DNA of 64,000 nucleotides from an uncultured cyanobacterium (GTDB lineage: Bacteria > Cyanobacteriota > Cyanobacteriia > Cyanobacteriales > Nostocaceae): assembly GCA_963706595.1 (NCBI GenBank), contig OY970166.1:3104001-3168000 (forward strand). The letters are read 5' to 3'. Below are positions 40,401 to 49,652 of this stretch, piece after piece; the stretch's first letter is position 1, and every line of letters begins with the position of its first letter. A model generated the notes under the pieces. The model was not told the origin of the DNA. It was given only the letters and a program-made list of their open reading frames with translations, and did not search any database. Both the position numbers and the translations under genes were made by a program.

Positions 40401-41516
40401 TACACCAAGTTCCAAAAGCATCGCATCCAAATCATCTGTAAAAAATTCATCTTCATTGACATTTAATGACGAAGAAGATGAAATTTCTGGAGCTATAAAT
40501 TCCCACGCCCGACTGGTTTTATCCATGAGCGGATTTGCTTGTATTGCTTCTGGCTCAATAGTATTTGCCTGCGTTGGTAATGATGGTAATGCAGATAAAG
40601 GTTCATTTTTTTCTAACTCTGGAAAAGATAACAAAGTAGTAGGGGCTTCTTGCTGCAAGTGCTGCGTTAAATTATTCAGAAAGTTCGCCATTAACTGCTC
40701 GCCCTGCACACCCGTACTGTGCATTCTCGCCAACCCTTGGCATAAAGACTCGTGATAGGTATTGATATTGCGCTGTAGTGCCTCAAAGACAAAATTCACA
40801 GTCCCATCTAGGGATAATAGACGTTTATCCAGTTCCTTGGTCAAATGTGTTAACCTCTGCGCCTGTTCTGATGATTCTAAGAAAGATTGCGTCGCAGAGG
40901 ATATAACTTCTTTGTTCTCATTATTCGTACTGGCAGAACTGGAATAATGGGCGACACTTTCCGCTATCTGTGGCACTAAATTAGAAGCAATGCGGCTCAT
41001 AAGTAACTGCAAAAATTCGGAAATCATCTGCTCCTGATTAGCCCACTGCTGACTTAAAGAGGAGTTGTGCTGTTTCCTTTGCTCTAGCTGCCTAATTTCC
41101 TGTAAAAGAGTCGCACGCTCTTGCATCATTGCTGCTAATTCTGCTTGCAACGGCTGGATTAATGTCGATAATTCGCTTTTTAATTGCTGAGATAGTAAAT
41201 CACTTCGTTCGGTGGTCAGTTGGTTCTGCCCTGCTGATAGCTCCCGTGGCGTAGCTCCCGATTGGATATTACCTTGACTGACATATTTTTCCAACAAAGG
41301 CGACCTTTGCGTATCTCCAGTCCCCTTATTTTGGTTTTGACTATTTAAAATCTCACTTTCTCTTTGCTGGGAGAGGAAGTTACGAATTTTTTCTAACACT
41401 TCTCTGGCTTCCGGTGTCTGATTAGACAGAAGCCTAGACAGCCGCTTACCACTACTGTTAAGTAAGTTATCAATGTCTGCAATCAATTTTTGGATTTCAT
41501 CTGCGCGGGAAGTCAC
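37455..41516 (-). CDS. Large protein: N-terminal coiled coil, acidic low-complexity linker, C-terminal Hsp70/actin-like ATPase domain
   Basis: YLGIDVGTT, CPSSWS...REA, FVEEAIAS, INIGATTTE, LTGGVAS resemble Hsp70-fold motifs. Confidence 0.78.
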   Translation of the reverse strand: MTSRADEIQKLIADIDNLLNSSGKRLSRLLSNQTPEAREVLEKIRNFLSQQRESEILNSQNQNKGTGDTQRSPLLEKYVSQGNIQSGATPRELSAGQNQLTTERSDLLSQQLKSELSTLIQPLQAELAAMMQERATLLQEIRQLEQRKQHNSSLSQQWANQEQMISEFLQLLMSRIASNLVPQIAESVAHYSSSASTNNENKEVISSATQSFLESSEQAQRLTHLTKELDKRLLSLDGTVNFVFEALQRNINTYHESLCQGLARMHSTGVQGEQLMANFLNNLTQHLQQEAPTTLLSFPELEKNEPLSALPSLPTQANTIEPEAIQANPLMDKTSRAWEFIAPEISSSSSLNVNEDEFFTDDLDAMLLELGVDDSGTSSNRASAAQQDALEFIGDEVDQLYASLLGTVDFTNLSLDVEDLSLSNIPETIPASFTSSLESEAIPQDENIPETILASFTSPLESETIPQDENIPETILASSIHPLESEAILTDHIAESTPTPLIQPEQQIFNPGFEEANTESDSWQELFFDEDQNADKSLSLSGFSESAVALTNSVPLQPSSADTITALSDLFADLDVEAQPLDVSSSLETAGVITNSQQSSVVADGEEEGDLNNYIPASLQENLLSPEESQSVNLPDIILDEEQIQQLNEDLANFDEMLKPDLNLDIFYAFEDGIDQEMLTDFDPPNFADSGVDLFQVNPISWPQTEADLDFSPTNEKIESVNNRDASRNVLDSVWYLGIDVGTTGISAALLNRSTAVVYPICWSSENQQGVACFQQSFRLPAEVYLPTASVPQGETEKIEVQAAENWQNNCYSVKLKPYLQVAIPYQNEQQKWQPVLQFNKFSAGPLIWVVRSLSKLLLTLKADRRSTTQGLIATAVGLDEETFHAIINHIAGVICSCPSSWSEQYRFNVREAILTSKLVPHPQQVFFVEEAIASLLTILDSANGETVQISDAQGLHPAKPSDDAVVGNTFVINIGATTTEMALVDLPEQLQQLAHHDFMLHSFAYASNGIEQDIICQLLFPSKYRQPRWENAGDSTTITNNLWQWQPAFPGLDQMHWQSLGLEELDLPQVGEPDLTARIRLQQRLESSLLGQAVLNAAMALKLILQNQDSFTLELADQRWVLQRRDLENHVFIPFVRRLNREFNKLLLARGIPTEAINQAILTGGVASLGLVNNWLQQKLPNTKIIQDFYLGENGAPLCSRVALGLAMLPLHPQVLDQPQQQYTDYFLFMQLLRLLPDRTLSFSEILLLFEDFGINTSICQQRLLAFLSGELPPGLIPATPDSTWLTSSSQQNSDYQAIASAPLFVKQGNLNYRPNFPQILVLRRYLDAIQASTQQPMDEPYTVNLALEVTS
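40050..40248 (-). repeat. Coding tandem repeat, ~3 x 69 bp (23 aa)
   Basis: aggaatattc at 40101, 40170 and 40239; NIPETIxASFTSxLESExIPQDE. Confidence 0.85.
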
Positions 41517-41764
41517 TTTAAATTACCTTAGCTAGAAATGTACTTTAACTTTTATGAAAATTAAGGTGGGAACCCTTGAGACTCCTCACTGGAATTATGT
41601 TAGGGATTACTAAGAGGCTTGTAGCTCATCAATCAACACCCGTTTGAGAAGATTAACTTGATGGCTATTTAAAATCTAAATTACAAAAGGTATTACGAAT
41701 TTATTTCTATACAAATTTTTTTACCCTCTCACATACACGCAATGTTACAGCTTCTCGGACGTGT

Positions 41765-41914
41765 CTAGTACAGCATGGCATAAATAAACCACCCATTCCA
41801 AATCAATGAAACGCTTGTGGTCTCCGAATTACGACTTACTTACGTAAAGCCCTGGAGGGCATAGCCTGCCGTCGGCTGCTATGAAGAACGAAGAATTCCG
41901 CCTAGCGGTACTAG
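41765..41914. mobile_element. MITE-like repeat, CTAGTAC-end family, with an internal small-repeat insertion
   Basis: ctagtacagcatggc ... ttccgcctagcggtactag; similar to 45162-45265. Confidence 0.7.
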
Positions 41915-42558
41915 TGATTGAAAACATCCATTCAAAAAATGCTACATCTTTACACCTACATGAGTAATTAATGTAGCTAACCGATGGCTGAATGGCAAGG
42001 GGGCATTTTTAACTTGAGTTCTGCTCTAGGTAAATAGCTGAAAATCTTAAATTAGCAAAAATTAACTAAGTTGAGTATCATTGGTATTGTTTGATGATGT
42101 TTTATGGTCAAAGAAGAGGAAAAGGGGCAGGGTGCGGGGGGCAGGGGAGAACCCCATAAATAAATTTAAGGGCTTGAAATAAGGACAAATTATAATTTTT
42201 TTCTAATGTTCTCAATAAATTTAGTTGTTCTGTTCCCTGTTGGCAGGGAAAATCCTGAATCCTTCCCCCTTGCCCCCTGCTCCCCTGCCTCTTTTGGTCA
42301 ATAAACCATAACCTAATTCCTGGCTGTCTTTATACATGACTACTGATTTTGGGTAGCTTTTCCGGCACTATACTGACCAACATATTCCCTTTCTGGACAA
42401 GTTGAGGCTGAGATTTCCAGGATGAAACAGGAAGTAAACGCCACAACTTTGGGTAAGTTTTATGTAATGCTGGTGGTTCGATAGCTTAAGCTGAATAGAA
42501 CACCTTGTTTTTTTACATATTACATATTACATATCACAGCTTTAATAAATATGCCGTA

Positions 42559-43257
42559 ATGGAAGACCGATATAGCTTGCAAGCAACCCGCAATCCCTGG
42601 ATCATCTCGGCTCCCTTTTTTCAAGGGTTGCCAGAAGCTGCTGTAGAGATGGCTCTTACCAATCTTGCTACCCGTACACACCCAGCCAATCAAGTCATTT
42701 TGCTTGAAAATGACTGGGGTGGTTCTGTATATTTTATATTAGATGGTTGGGTAAAAATTCGTACTTATAATTTGGAAGGTAAAGAAGTAACACTGAATAT
42801 TATTGGTAAAGGGGAATTGTTTGGTGAAATGGCGGCGTTAGATGAAGTCCCTCGTTCCACTGATGTGATTACCCTGACTCCGACGATGATTGGCAGTATG
42901 CCATCTCAAAATTTTGTCAAGTTACTGCATACAGAACCCTTGGCGGGACTCCGATTGTCACAATTGATGGCTCGACGCTTAAGACAAGTTAACCGCCGAC
43001 TGCGATTGCGAGAATCTGATAGTCAGTCACGAGTAGCTGACAGTTTATTATTTTTGGCAGAGGGACAGGGAACACAAGGGCAAACTGGGACAGAAATTCC
43101 CAATTTACCTCACCGAGAATTGAGTAGTTTAAGTGGACTAGCGAGGGAAACAGTTACAAGAGTATTAACAAGGCTAGAAAAAAAAGGGTTAATCACAAGA
43201 TACCCTGACACAATTTGTATTCCTGATTTGTCAGCCTTGGAAAAAATGATCGTATAA
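42559..43257 (+). CDS. crp: Crp/Fnr family regulator (cAMP receptor, SyCRP1-like)
   Basis: cNMP pocket FGEMAAL...PRS; HTH ELSSLSGLARETVTRVL. Confidence 0.85.
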   Translation: MEDRYSLQATRNPWIISAPFFQGLPEAAVEMALTNLATRTHPANQVILLENDWGGSVYFILDGWVKIRTYNLEGKEVTLNIIGKGELFGEMAALDEVPRSTDVITLTPTMIGSMPSQNFVKLLHTEPLAGLRLSQLMARRLRQVNRRLRLRESDSQSRVADSLLFLAEGQGTQGQTGTEIPNLPHRELSSLSGLARETVTRVLTRLEKKGLITRYPDTICIPDLSALEKMIV

Positions 43258-43331
43258 GTTACGCAACAATAATTTTGAGGACTAACTATAGTCGAGGACT
43301 TACGGCACAGTCGGTCAAATTTTTTTTCACC

Positions 43332-44057
43332 ATGAGTATTTCAAATTCTCTCCCAGATGAAAACCCATCACCGGAATTTCCCAATTCTCTAAACTCACAA
43401 TTGCAGCCAGAGCAGTTGAGGCCACCGAGACTAAAAGTTGATGCGCCTTTACGAATGGTGGAAACAGCATTTTTAGCCAGTGCAGCTAGCTTGATTTGGT
43501 TTATTAATTTCTACTTTCCTTTGGGTCCCCTATTACGGATATTTTTTCCCGTACCCATCGCTTTAGTCTACCTGCGCTGGGGTAAAAGAGCGGCCTGGAT
43601 GGCTGCTGTTACTTCTGGGTTGCTGCTATCAGTGCTAATGGGGCCAGTTCGTAGTCTGTTGTTTGTCATGCCCTTTGCTTTTATGGGTGTGCTTTTGGGG
43701 GCAACATGGTATCGTCGTGTTCCCTGGATTGTATCTATTACTTTGGGTACGCTGTTGGGTACGTTAGGCGTGTTTTTTCGGCTGTGGTTGCTGTCTGTGT
43801 TGTCGGGTGAAGACCTATGGATTTATGTGATTAACCAAGTTACAGAACTGATTGAGTGGGCATTTCTGAGGCTGCAATTGTTAGCTAGTCCTAGTATATT
43901 TTTGGTACAGATAGGCGCAGTGATTTTAATTGTGTTTAATAACTTTATTTATCTGTTTATGGTACACCTGGCAGCATGGCTGTTATTGGATCGTTTGGGA
44001 AATCCCATTCCCCGTCCGCCACAATGGGTACAGGTTCTTATGGATTATGAAGGTTGA
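43332..44057 (+). CDS. DUF2232 membrane protein
   Basis: MVETAFLAS, FPVPIALVYLRWG, multiple TM helices. Confidence 0.85.
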   Translation: MSISNSLPDENPSPEFPNSLNSQLQPEQLRPPRLKVDAPLRMVETAFLASAASLIWFINFYFPLGPLLRIFFPVPIALVYLRWGKRAAWMAAVTSGLLLSVLMGPVRSLLFVMPFAFMGVLLGATWYRRVPWIVSITLGTLLGTLGVFFRLWLLSVLSGEDLWIYVINQVTELIEWAFLRLQLLASPSIFLVQIGAVILIVFNNFIYLFMVHLAAWLLLDRLGNPIPRPPQWVQVLMDYEG

Positions 44058-44061
44058 ATAA

Positions 44062-45165
44062 TTGATTCGTATTTATACCCAAATAGAACAGGGTGAAAAA
44101 TGGATTGCTAAATATAGGGATTGTTTACCCGTGTTTGCCTGTGTTTTAGGTTTTACTGACACTGGTCTAATTCCGGGGATTTCCGCAGCTGGTAGTACTC
44201 CAGAAGCTCGAAGGTATACGGCTTGTGCGGATGCTGAGTTTTTATATCACGGACCAAGACGAGAACCTTTATATCCTCTACCACCATTGACTGCGGGCGC
44301 GTCACCTGTACTCATTTCTCGTGCTGTTGTTGAGGCGCTGAATATGCCAGTTTATTTGTTTAACGCTGGCTTACCTCAGCTGCCATCTGTGCCAGTCATT
44401 GATTTGGGTGGCGCTCCGGCTCAGTGTTTAAGTACAGGTGCTGCGATGGAAGTTACAACTGTACACCATTTGCTCAAGCAAGGACTATTGTGGGGAGAAC
44501 GCCTGGCTAACAATATTCAAGAAGGATATTTGATTTTAGGTGAGTGCGTTGTGGGAGGTACTACAACTGCCCTGGCAATTTTAACTGGTTTGGGTATAGA
44601 TGCAGGGGGAAAAGTCAACAGTAGCCATCCTGTTTGTAATCATACACAAAAGTGGGAAGTAGTACAGGCTGGACTGGAGAAGATGAGGGGCGGCGGCGGC
44701 GAATTATTAGACCCCTTAGCACTTGTGGCGGCGGTAGGTGATCCGATGCAGGTGGTGGTGGCGGGAATGGCGATCGCAGCTAGTCGCAGTTGTGGTGTGA
44801 TGCTGGCGGGTGGCACACAAATGCTGGCCGTATATGCTTTAATGAGTGCGATCGCCAATGCTTATGATTTATCTTGGCAACCAGCAGCAGTAGTGGTAGG
44901 TACTACTCGTTGGGTAGCAGAAGATCCCACTGGTAGCACCGTTGACTTAGCCCTCAGCTTAGGTAAAACAATCCCTCCTCTGCTTGCTACTCAGTTAAGT
45001 TTTGCTCATTCCCGCTATCCCCAACTTCAAGCTTACGAGCAGGGCTTTGTCAAAGAAGGCATAGGGGCGGGAGCTGCTTGCATCGCTGCTTCTCTCAGCC
45101 AAAATTGGCCACAACATCAGCTTTTAACTGCCATTGAAGCTCAACTCGACCAGCTTAAAGACTAA
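44062..45165 (+). CDS. cobT: Nicotinate mononucleotide-dependent phosphoribosyltransferase (cyanobacterial/archaeal CobT type)
   Basis: IPGISAAG, DAEFL, GECVVGGTTTA, LAGGTQM, VKEGIGAG. Confidence 0.9.
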   Translation: MIRIYTQIEQGEKWIAKYRDCLPVFACVLGFTDTGLIPGISAAGSTPEARRYTACADAEFLYHGPRREPLYPLPPLTAGASPVLISRAVVEALNMPVYLFNAGLPQLPSVPVIDLGGAPAQCLSTGAAMEVTTVHHLLKQGLLWGERLANNIQEGYLILGECVVGGTTTALAILTGLGIDAGGKVNSSHPVCNHTQKWEVVQAGLEKMRGGGGELLDPLALVAAVGDPMQVVVAGMAIAASRSCGVMLAGGTQMLAVYALMSAIANAYDLSWQPAAVVVGTTRWVAEDPTGSTVDLALSLGKTIPPLLATQLSFAHSRYPQLQAYEQGFVKEGIGAGAACIAASLSQNWPQHQLLTAIEAQLDQLKD

Positions 45166-45265
45166 TACAGCACGGTGTAAATAAACCAACCATTCCAAGT
45201 CAATGAAAATCCTATAGGATAAGCTTTTTGACTTTTGACTTTTGACTTCCGCCCTGCGGTACTAG
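45162..45265. mobile_element. MITE-like repeat, CTAGTAC-end family; overlaps the cobT stop codon
   Basis: ctaatacagcacgg ... ttccgccctgcggtactag; internal (ttttgac)n. Confidence 0.7.
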
Positions 45266-45346
45266 TCCAACTCCCGATACAAATAAACAAAATGCTCAAA
45301 TCAAAGAACTGCCGACAGACCTTTGTAATATTGACTAATAAATAAT

Positions 45347-45718
45347 TTAATGAATTCTCACTTTCATTAATTGTTCTTCTAAAGCAGCAATGCGATTGTA
45401 TGCTGCCGTTAATTGTGCTGTTAATCGTTGTATTTGAATTTCTGGTGTTAAATTCTGCTCGCTACCTTGCCGACTCATGTCTAAAGACATACCATCTGTT
45501 AATACATCCTTGTGTTCCATTTCTGGATTGAAAGTAATATGTTTTTTTAACTGGTAGCGGACTACATCACCATTGTCTTCATTCTTCTTTGCTTGTGTAT
45601 TTGCTAAAGAACATTCCGAGAAAGCTTGAGCCACTTTATCATCAAGTTGCTCAATTACCTGGCAGAGGGCATCAAGTTTATCACTCAAATTCATGATCTG
45701 CGTTTGTAATGGCTCCAT
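45347..45718 (-). CDS. Hypothetical coiled-coil protein
   Basis: EHKDVL..D and LTPEIQIQRLTAQLTAAYNRIAALEEQL. Confidence 0.75.
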   Translation of the reverse strand: MEPLQTQIMNLSDKLDALCQVIEQLDDKVAQAFSECSLANTQAKKNEDNGDVVRYQLKKHITFNPEMEHKDVLTDGMSLDMSRQGSEQNLTPEIQIQRLTAQLTAAYNRIAALEEQLMKVRIH

Positions 45719-45941
45719 TTAATACCCTCTTCCGTATATTTTCTTTATGTTATGCAATTTACAGGTGATATTAGCTATACTTTTGAATTATTTAATTTTT
45801 CAAAAATTTTGTCGCGATATAATCAGTTAAGTATTTATATATAGAAAAACTCAATGGTTTTTATCAGTATTACTGATGATGCTTGTTGATAAAATTAAAA
45901 TCATTAGCAGTTACTTTTAGAATACTTCTCTGAAGTCAATC

Positions 45942-46088
45942 CTGACTTTTCACGGGATCTGGAAAACCTCACTTCCATTCCTCTCCCCTGCAAGGGGAAA
46001 GGCTTTGAATTTTCCCCCTTCCCTGGCAGGGAAGGGGGCTAGGGGGTTAGGTTTCGGTTTGGTTTTTCCACATGACGTGAAAAGTGAG
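45942..46088. mobile_element. 147-bp MITE with 10-bp target-site duplication (copy 2)
   Basis: Same TIRs as 11931-12077; TSD GAAGTCAATC at 45932-45941 and 46089-46098. Confidence 0.92.
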
Positions 46089-46177
46089 GAAGTCAATCAA
46101 GGGTTTATTTTGGCGCGGATTATTCCGAAAATACGGTTAAATACGCACTTAGTCGATAATTTTAGCTATTTATTTAA

Positions 46178-47380
46178 TTGATGCATAACCAAAAATTCCA
46201 AATTTCAAATCCAAAATCAATCAATCGACGGTCTTTTTTATTGGGTGCAGGTGGACTTGCTCTTTCGCAGCTGCTGGTTGGTTGTGGCAACAACAACCAG
46301 ACGAAACTCAATATCCAGTTATTAAAAGGTTCTATCCCCAGTCAGATAGTTCGCCAGTTTCGCCAGAGTTTACAGCAACAGATACAGTTAAATTTTTCCC
46401 CAGTTGAGCAAATACAGGATTTATTTCAACAATTGCAAGGTTGGCAAAATAAATCAAAAACTACTGATGAACCATTTTGGAATCGCTTTATACCATTTAG
46501 GGAATCAAAACCAGCAGTTGCATCTGACTTAGTAACATTAGGAGATTACTGGCTCAAAGCAGCTATTGAACAGAAACTAATTCAACCATTAGAAGAGACG
46601 GAAGTCAAACAGTTAAAACAGTGGTCTGCGTTAGATGAGAGATGGCAGCAACTGGTAAAGCGCAATAATCAAGGTAATTTGGATACTCAAGGCAATGTTT
46701 GGGCTGCTCCTTACCGTTGGGGTAGTACGGTAATTCTTTATCATCGTCAAAAGTTGCAGAGTTTGGGTTGGACACCGGAGGATTGGAGTGATTTGTGGCG
46801 AGATGGATTGCAACAGCGAATTTCTGTAGTTAATCAATCTAGAGAAGTCATCGGTCTGGTTTTGAAAAAGCTGGGACAATCCTACAATACAGAAAATCTT
46901 GACACCATACCGAACTTAGAAAATGAACTCCGGGCGTTCAACAAACAGGTAAGGTTGTACAGTTCCCGTAACTACTTAGAACCGCTAATTATTGGAGATA
47001 CTTGGATAGCCGTTGGTTGGTCAAGCGACATCATACCGATTTTGACGCGTTATCCCCAACTGGCCGCAGTTATTCCCAAATCAGGAACAGCAATTTGGGC
47101 AGACTTATGGGTACGCCCTACAGGTGTGGAAAAAGACACGTTCTCATCACAGTGGATGGATTTTTGTTGGCAACCAGACGTTGCTAAAAAAATTTCTGTG
47201 CTAACTAGAAGTAATTCGCCAGTTTTTCCTGATATTGCTCCGTCTGAGCTTCAGGAACCATTTAGAAGCTTGTTACAAAGTAATCGTGAAGTTTTCGATA
47301 AAAGTGAATTTCTGCTGGCTTTACCTCCATCAGCAATGAAGCAGTATGAGTCTTTGTTCGCCAAAATTAAGCAAGACTAG
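46178..47380 (+). CDS. ABC transporter solute-binding lipoprotein (PotD/polyamine-like) with Tat signal
   Basis: NRRSFLL Tat motif, lipobox LVGC, APYRWGST, DWSDLW, PKSGTAIWAD. Confidence 0.85.
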   Translation: MMHNQKFQISNPKSINRRSFLLGAGGLALSQLLVGCGNNNQTKLNIQLLKGSIPSQIVRQFRQSLQQQIQLNFSPVEQIQDLFQQLQGWQNKSKTTDEPFWNRFIPFRESKPAVASDLVTLGDYWLKAAIEQKLIQPLEETEVKQLKQWSALDERWQQLVKRNNQGNLDTQGNVWAAPYRWGSTVILYHRQKLQSLGWTPEDWSDLWRDGLQQRISVVNQSREVIGLVLKKLGQSYNTENLDTIPNLENELRAFNKQVRLYSSRNYLEPLIIGDTWIAVGWSSDIIPILTRYPQLAAVIPKSGTAIWADLWVRPTGVEKDTFSSQWMDFCWQPDVAKKISVLTRSNSPVFPDIAPSELQEPFRSLLQSNREVFDKSEFLLALPPSAMKQYESLFAKIKQD

Positions 47381-47399
47381 AAATTAGTTTGGATTGCTT

Positions 47400-47918
47400 C
47401 TAGAAAGAGCGCAACAACCTTAACCTATTTTGATTAGTCATCTGAATACGGCATGGTGTTGGACTTGTGACAAAATTACAGGTATAAGTTGCCAACAGGT
47501 TCTTTTGATAATTGAAAACTCGAACGTTATAACCGTCTTTTCTGGCACTGCTACCCAAGCGATTTACAAAGTCGTAGCGTTCTAGATAGTCTAGCAAGTT
47601 CCAAATTTGCTGATTCACTATCAGGTCTACTCTGGCGGGTGCTTCGTCGTTCGCTGGATATGCTATCCAATTATCTAACAGCTTGTTTTCTGAATTTTCT
47701 TTTTCCCACCATAAACTAGGTGTAGTTAATCCTTCTGGGTTAATGGTTTTGGCTGTCATCACAGCACCATTAGGCTGAGTTAATAAGGCAAGTTCTAAAG
47801 GTGCATCTGAAGGCGATGGGACTGGGGCTGTTTCTGCTAGTGAGGGCAAGATTGGGAACAGAAAAATCGTTAGCAGTAAAGGAAGCGATGTCTTGCGACT
47901 TAGTTTGTGTATAAGCAT
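47400..47918 (-). CDS. Exported hypothetical protein
   Basis: Signal-like N-terminus; PSLWW, VDLIVNQQIW..LDYLERY, GYNVRVF. Confidence 0.7.
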   Translation of the reverse strand: MLIHKLSRKTSLPLLLTIFLFPILPSLAETAPVPSPSDAPLELALLTQPNGAVMTAKTINPEGLTTPSLWWEKENSENKLLDNWIAYPANDEAPARVDLIVNQQIWNLLDYLERYDFVNRLGSSARKDGYNVRVFNYQKNLLATYTCNFVTSPTPCRIQMTNQNRLRLLRSF

Positions 47919-47946
47919 TAACGCATACCATTTTTTATTTGCGAAC

Positions 47947-48052
47947 TATAGCGGTTGTGAGTTGAGTGAGATATTAGAACCCCACCCCCAACCCCCTCCC
48001 CGCAAGCGAGGAGGGGGCTATGACATACCTTATATGATTAGGAAATGCTATA
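47947..48052. mobile_element. ~105-bp TA-flanked MITE-like repeat
   Basis: tatagcggtt ... aaatgctata, shared core. Confidence 0.8.
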
Positions 48053-48100
48053 TCTTCAATTCGCTTATGGTTTAGGACTAAATAATTGCTGTTTGTGTTT

Positions 48101-48916
48101 CTAAACTCTAAGGGCAAAAAACCGCAGTCTTTTGTAGTCAGCTGTCCAACTACCATTAGAATACATTTTCTGTGGGAGTGACTGCTCTACCTGTTGAATG
48201 ACTTCTGTTTGCTGATCAGGAGTTAATCCTGCGAGAAAAGTGCTGGCAAACATTTGAATCCAGTTTGCCATTCCGGCTTGTTGATCTGCTAGGGGTGTGG
48301 GACGGGGAAAAAGGATGGCATAAGTGACTTCAAAACCTTGCTGTTCTAAGAGGGTTGTGTATTCGCTAATGCTGGGAAAATACCAAGGATTCCGTGTTTC
48401 TACGTCTGTAATCCCCAGAGATTTCAAAGCAGTAGATAAAGCTTGAGTTATGGCTTGTACGTTCCCCTTACCACCGAACTCAGCCACAAAGCGCCCTCCT
48501 GGTTTGAGTGCTTGATGTACGCAGGCGATCGCCTTTTCTGGTTCTTTCACCCAATGCAAAGTCGCGTTAGAAAACACCGCATCTAATGGTTGGTCTACCT
48601 GAAAGTTTCTCGCATCAGCAACATCAAATAATAGATGAGGATAGTTTTCTCTAGCTTTCTCAATCATGGCGGGGGCGCTATCGATTCCCATCACTTCAGC
48701 ACCAGCCAAACCAATTTTCTCGGTGAGTTGTCCTGTACCACAACCCAAATCCAAAATAGATTCTCCTGATTTGGGGTTGAGCAATTTCAGCAATTCTTCA
48801 CCATATTGCCAAACAAAGGCGTGTTTGTCTTCATACAGGTGACTATCCCAATAATTATGAAGTGGGTCAAGATTTTGAGGAGAAAATTCAGGATTTTGTG
48901 AGATATCGCTTTTCAT
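48101..48916 (-). CDS. Class I SAM-dependent methyltransferase (Tam-like)
   Basis: ILDLGCGTG, DAVFSNATLHWV, LKPGGRFVAEFGG. Confidence 0.92.
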   Translation of the reverse strand: MKSDISQNPEFSPQNLDPLHNYWDSHLYEDKHAFVWQYGEELLKLLNPKSGESILDLGCGTGQLTEKIGLAGAEVMGIDSAPAMIEKARENYPHLLFDVADARNFQVDQPLDAVFSNATLHWVKEPEKAIACVHQALKPGGRFVAEFGGKGNVQAITQALSTALKSLGITDVETRNPWYFPSISEYTTLLEQQGFEVTYAILFPRPTPLADQQAGMANWIQMFASTFLAGLTPDQQTEVIQQVEQSLPQKMYSNGSWTADYKRLRFFALRV

Positions 48917-49021
48917 AAGGTTTGGGAAACATGAGTATGATGAACAGACTGATGATGGTGCAGTAGTTATTCTCGTAGCAGCAATGAAATTTTCATCCTG
49001 TTACCTATTTGTAGAAAATCC

Positions 49022-49228
49022 ATGACATCTCAAGAATTTTTAGAAAATTTAGCCACAGCCGCTACAGATCCTGAAAAACTCATGGTTGTTGCTGAATACC
49101 TGGAAACAACTGCAATGGACAATGCAACTACTCCCAGATGGCGCAGCATTCCTTACAGTTCGGAAATTGATATGGCGCTGAAGAATCTGGCTTTTCATTT
49201 AGAAGGACTTGCTGAGACAAAAAATTAA
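49022..49228 (+). CDS. Small hypothetical protein
   Basis: 68-aa ORF with helical, protein-like composition. Confidence 0.55.
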   Translation: MTSQEFLENLATAATDPEKLMVVAEYLETTAMDNATTPRWRSIPYSSEIDMALKNLAFHLEGLAETKN

Positions 49229-49238
49229 TTTTGTGCCT

Positions 49239-49433
49239 TTAATTGCCTTCTCTCATCCACTCTCGCGCTGCTTTTTCGGCGGCTTCGGGCGAGTAGTAAA
49301 GCTTGCGCTCACCAAACACTGCACCACCAGGACTCAGCAACCGGAACTGCCAAGAATCATCTTTTTCAGTATAAAACACTGTGAGGGTAACGTTATGAAT
49401 GCCAACAACTAAGTGAATTTTGGTGCTACTCAT
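49239..49433 (-). CDS. Small hypothetical protein
   Basis: From ATG 49433: MSSTKIHL...WQFRLLSPGGAVFGERKLYYSPEAAEKAAREW. The upstream extension in the track runs into a MITE. Confidence 0.55.
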   Translation of the reverse strand: MSSTKIHLVVGIHNVTLTVFYTEKDDSWQFRLLSPGGAVFGERKLYYSPEAAEKAAREWMREGN

Positions 49434-49482
49434 TAGTGGTGTCTCAACGTTTACCCCTTTTTTATCATTTTTAATATATAAA

Positions 49483-49586
49483 TATAGCGGTTCTTGGTTG
49501 AGTGAGATATTAGAACCCCACCCCCAACCCCCTCCCCGCAAGCGAGGAGGGGGCTATGATGTACTTCATTTAAGTGTATACGGCTA
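49483..49586. mobile_element. ~105-bp TA-flanked MITE-like repeat
   Basis: tatagcggttcttggttgagtgagata ... cggcta. Confidence 0.8.
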
Positions 49587-49652
49587 TGGTATGGGATGCG
49601 ATCGCCTTTGGCACTTGGCGAAGCGCGATCGCTTATTCTAAATATCACCAGC

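Noticed and set aside
42105..42302. Possible MITE with a tggtcaa direct repeat and ggggcag/ctgcccc arms
   Set aside because: The ends are low-complexity STRR-like sequence and the boundaries are ambiguous
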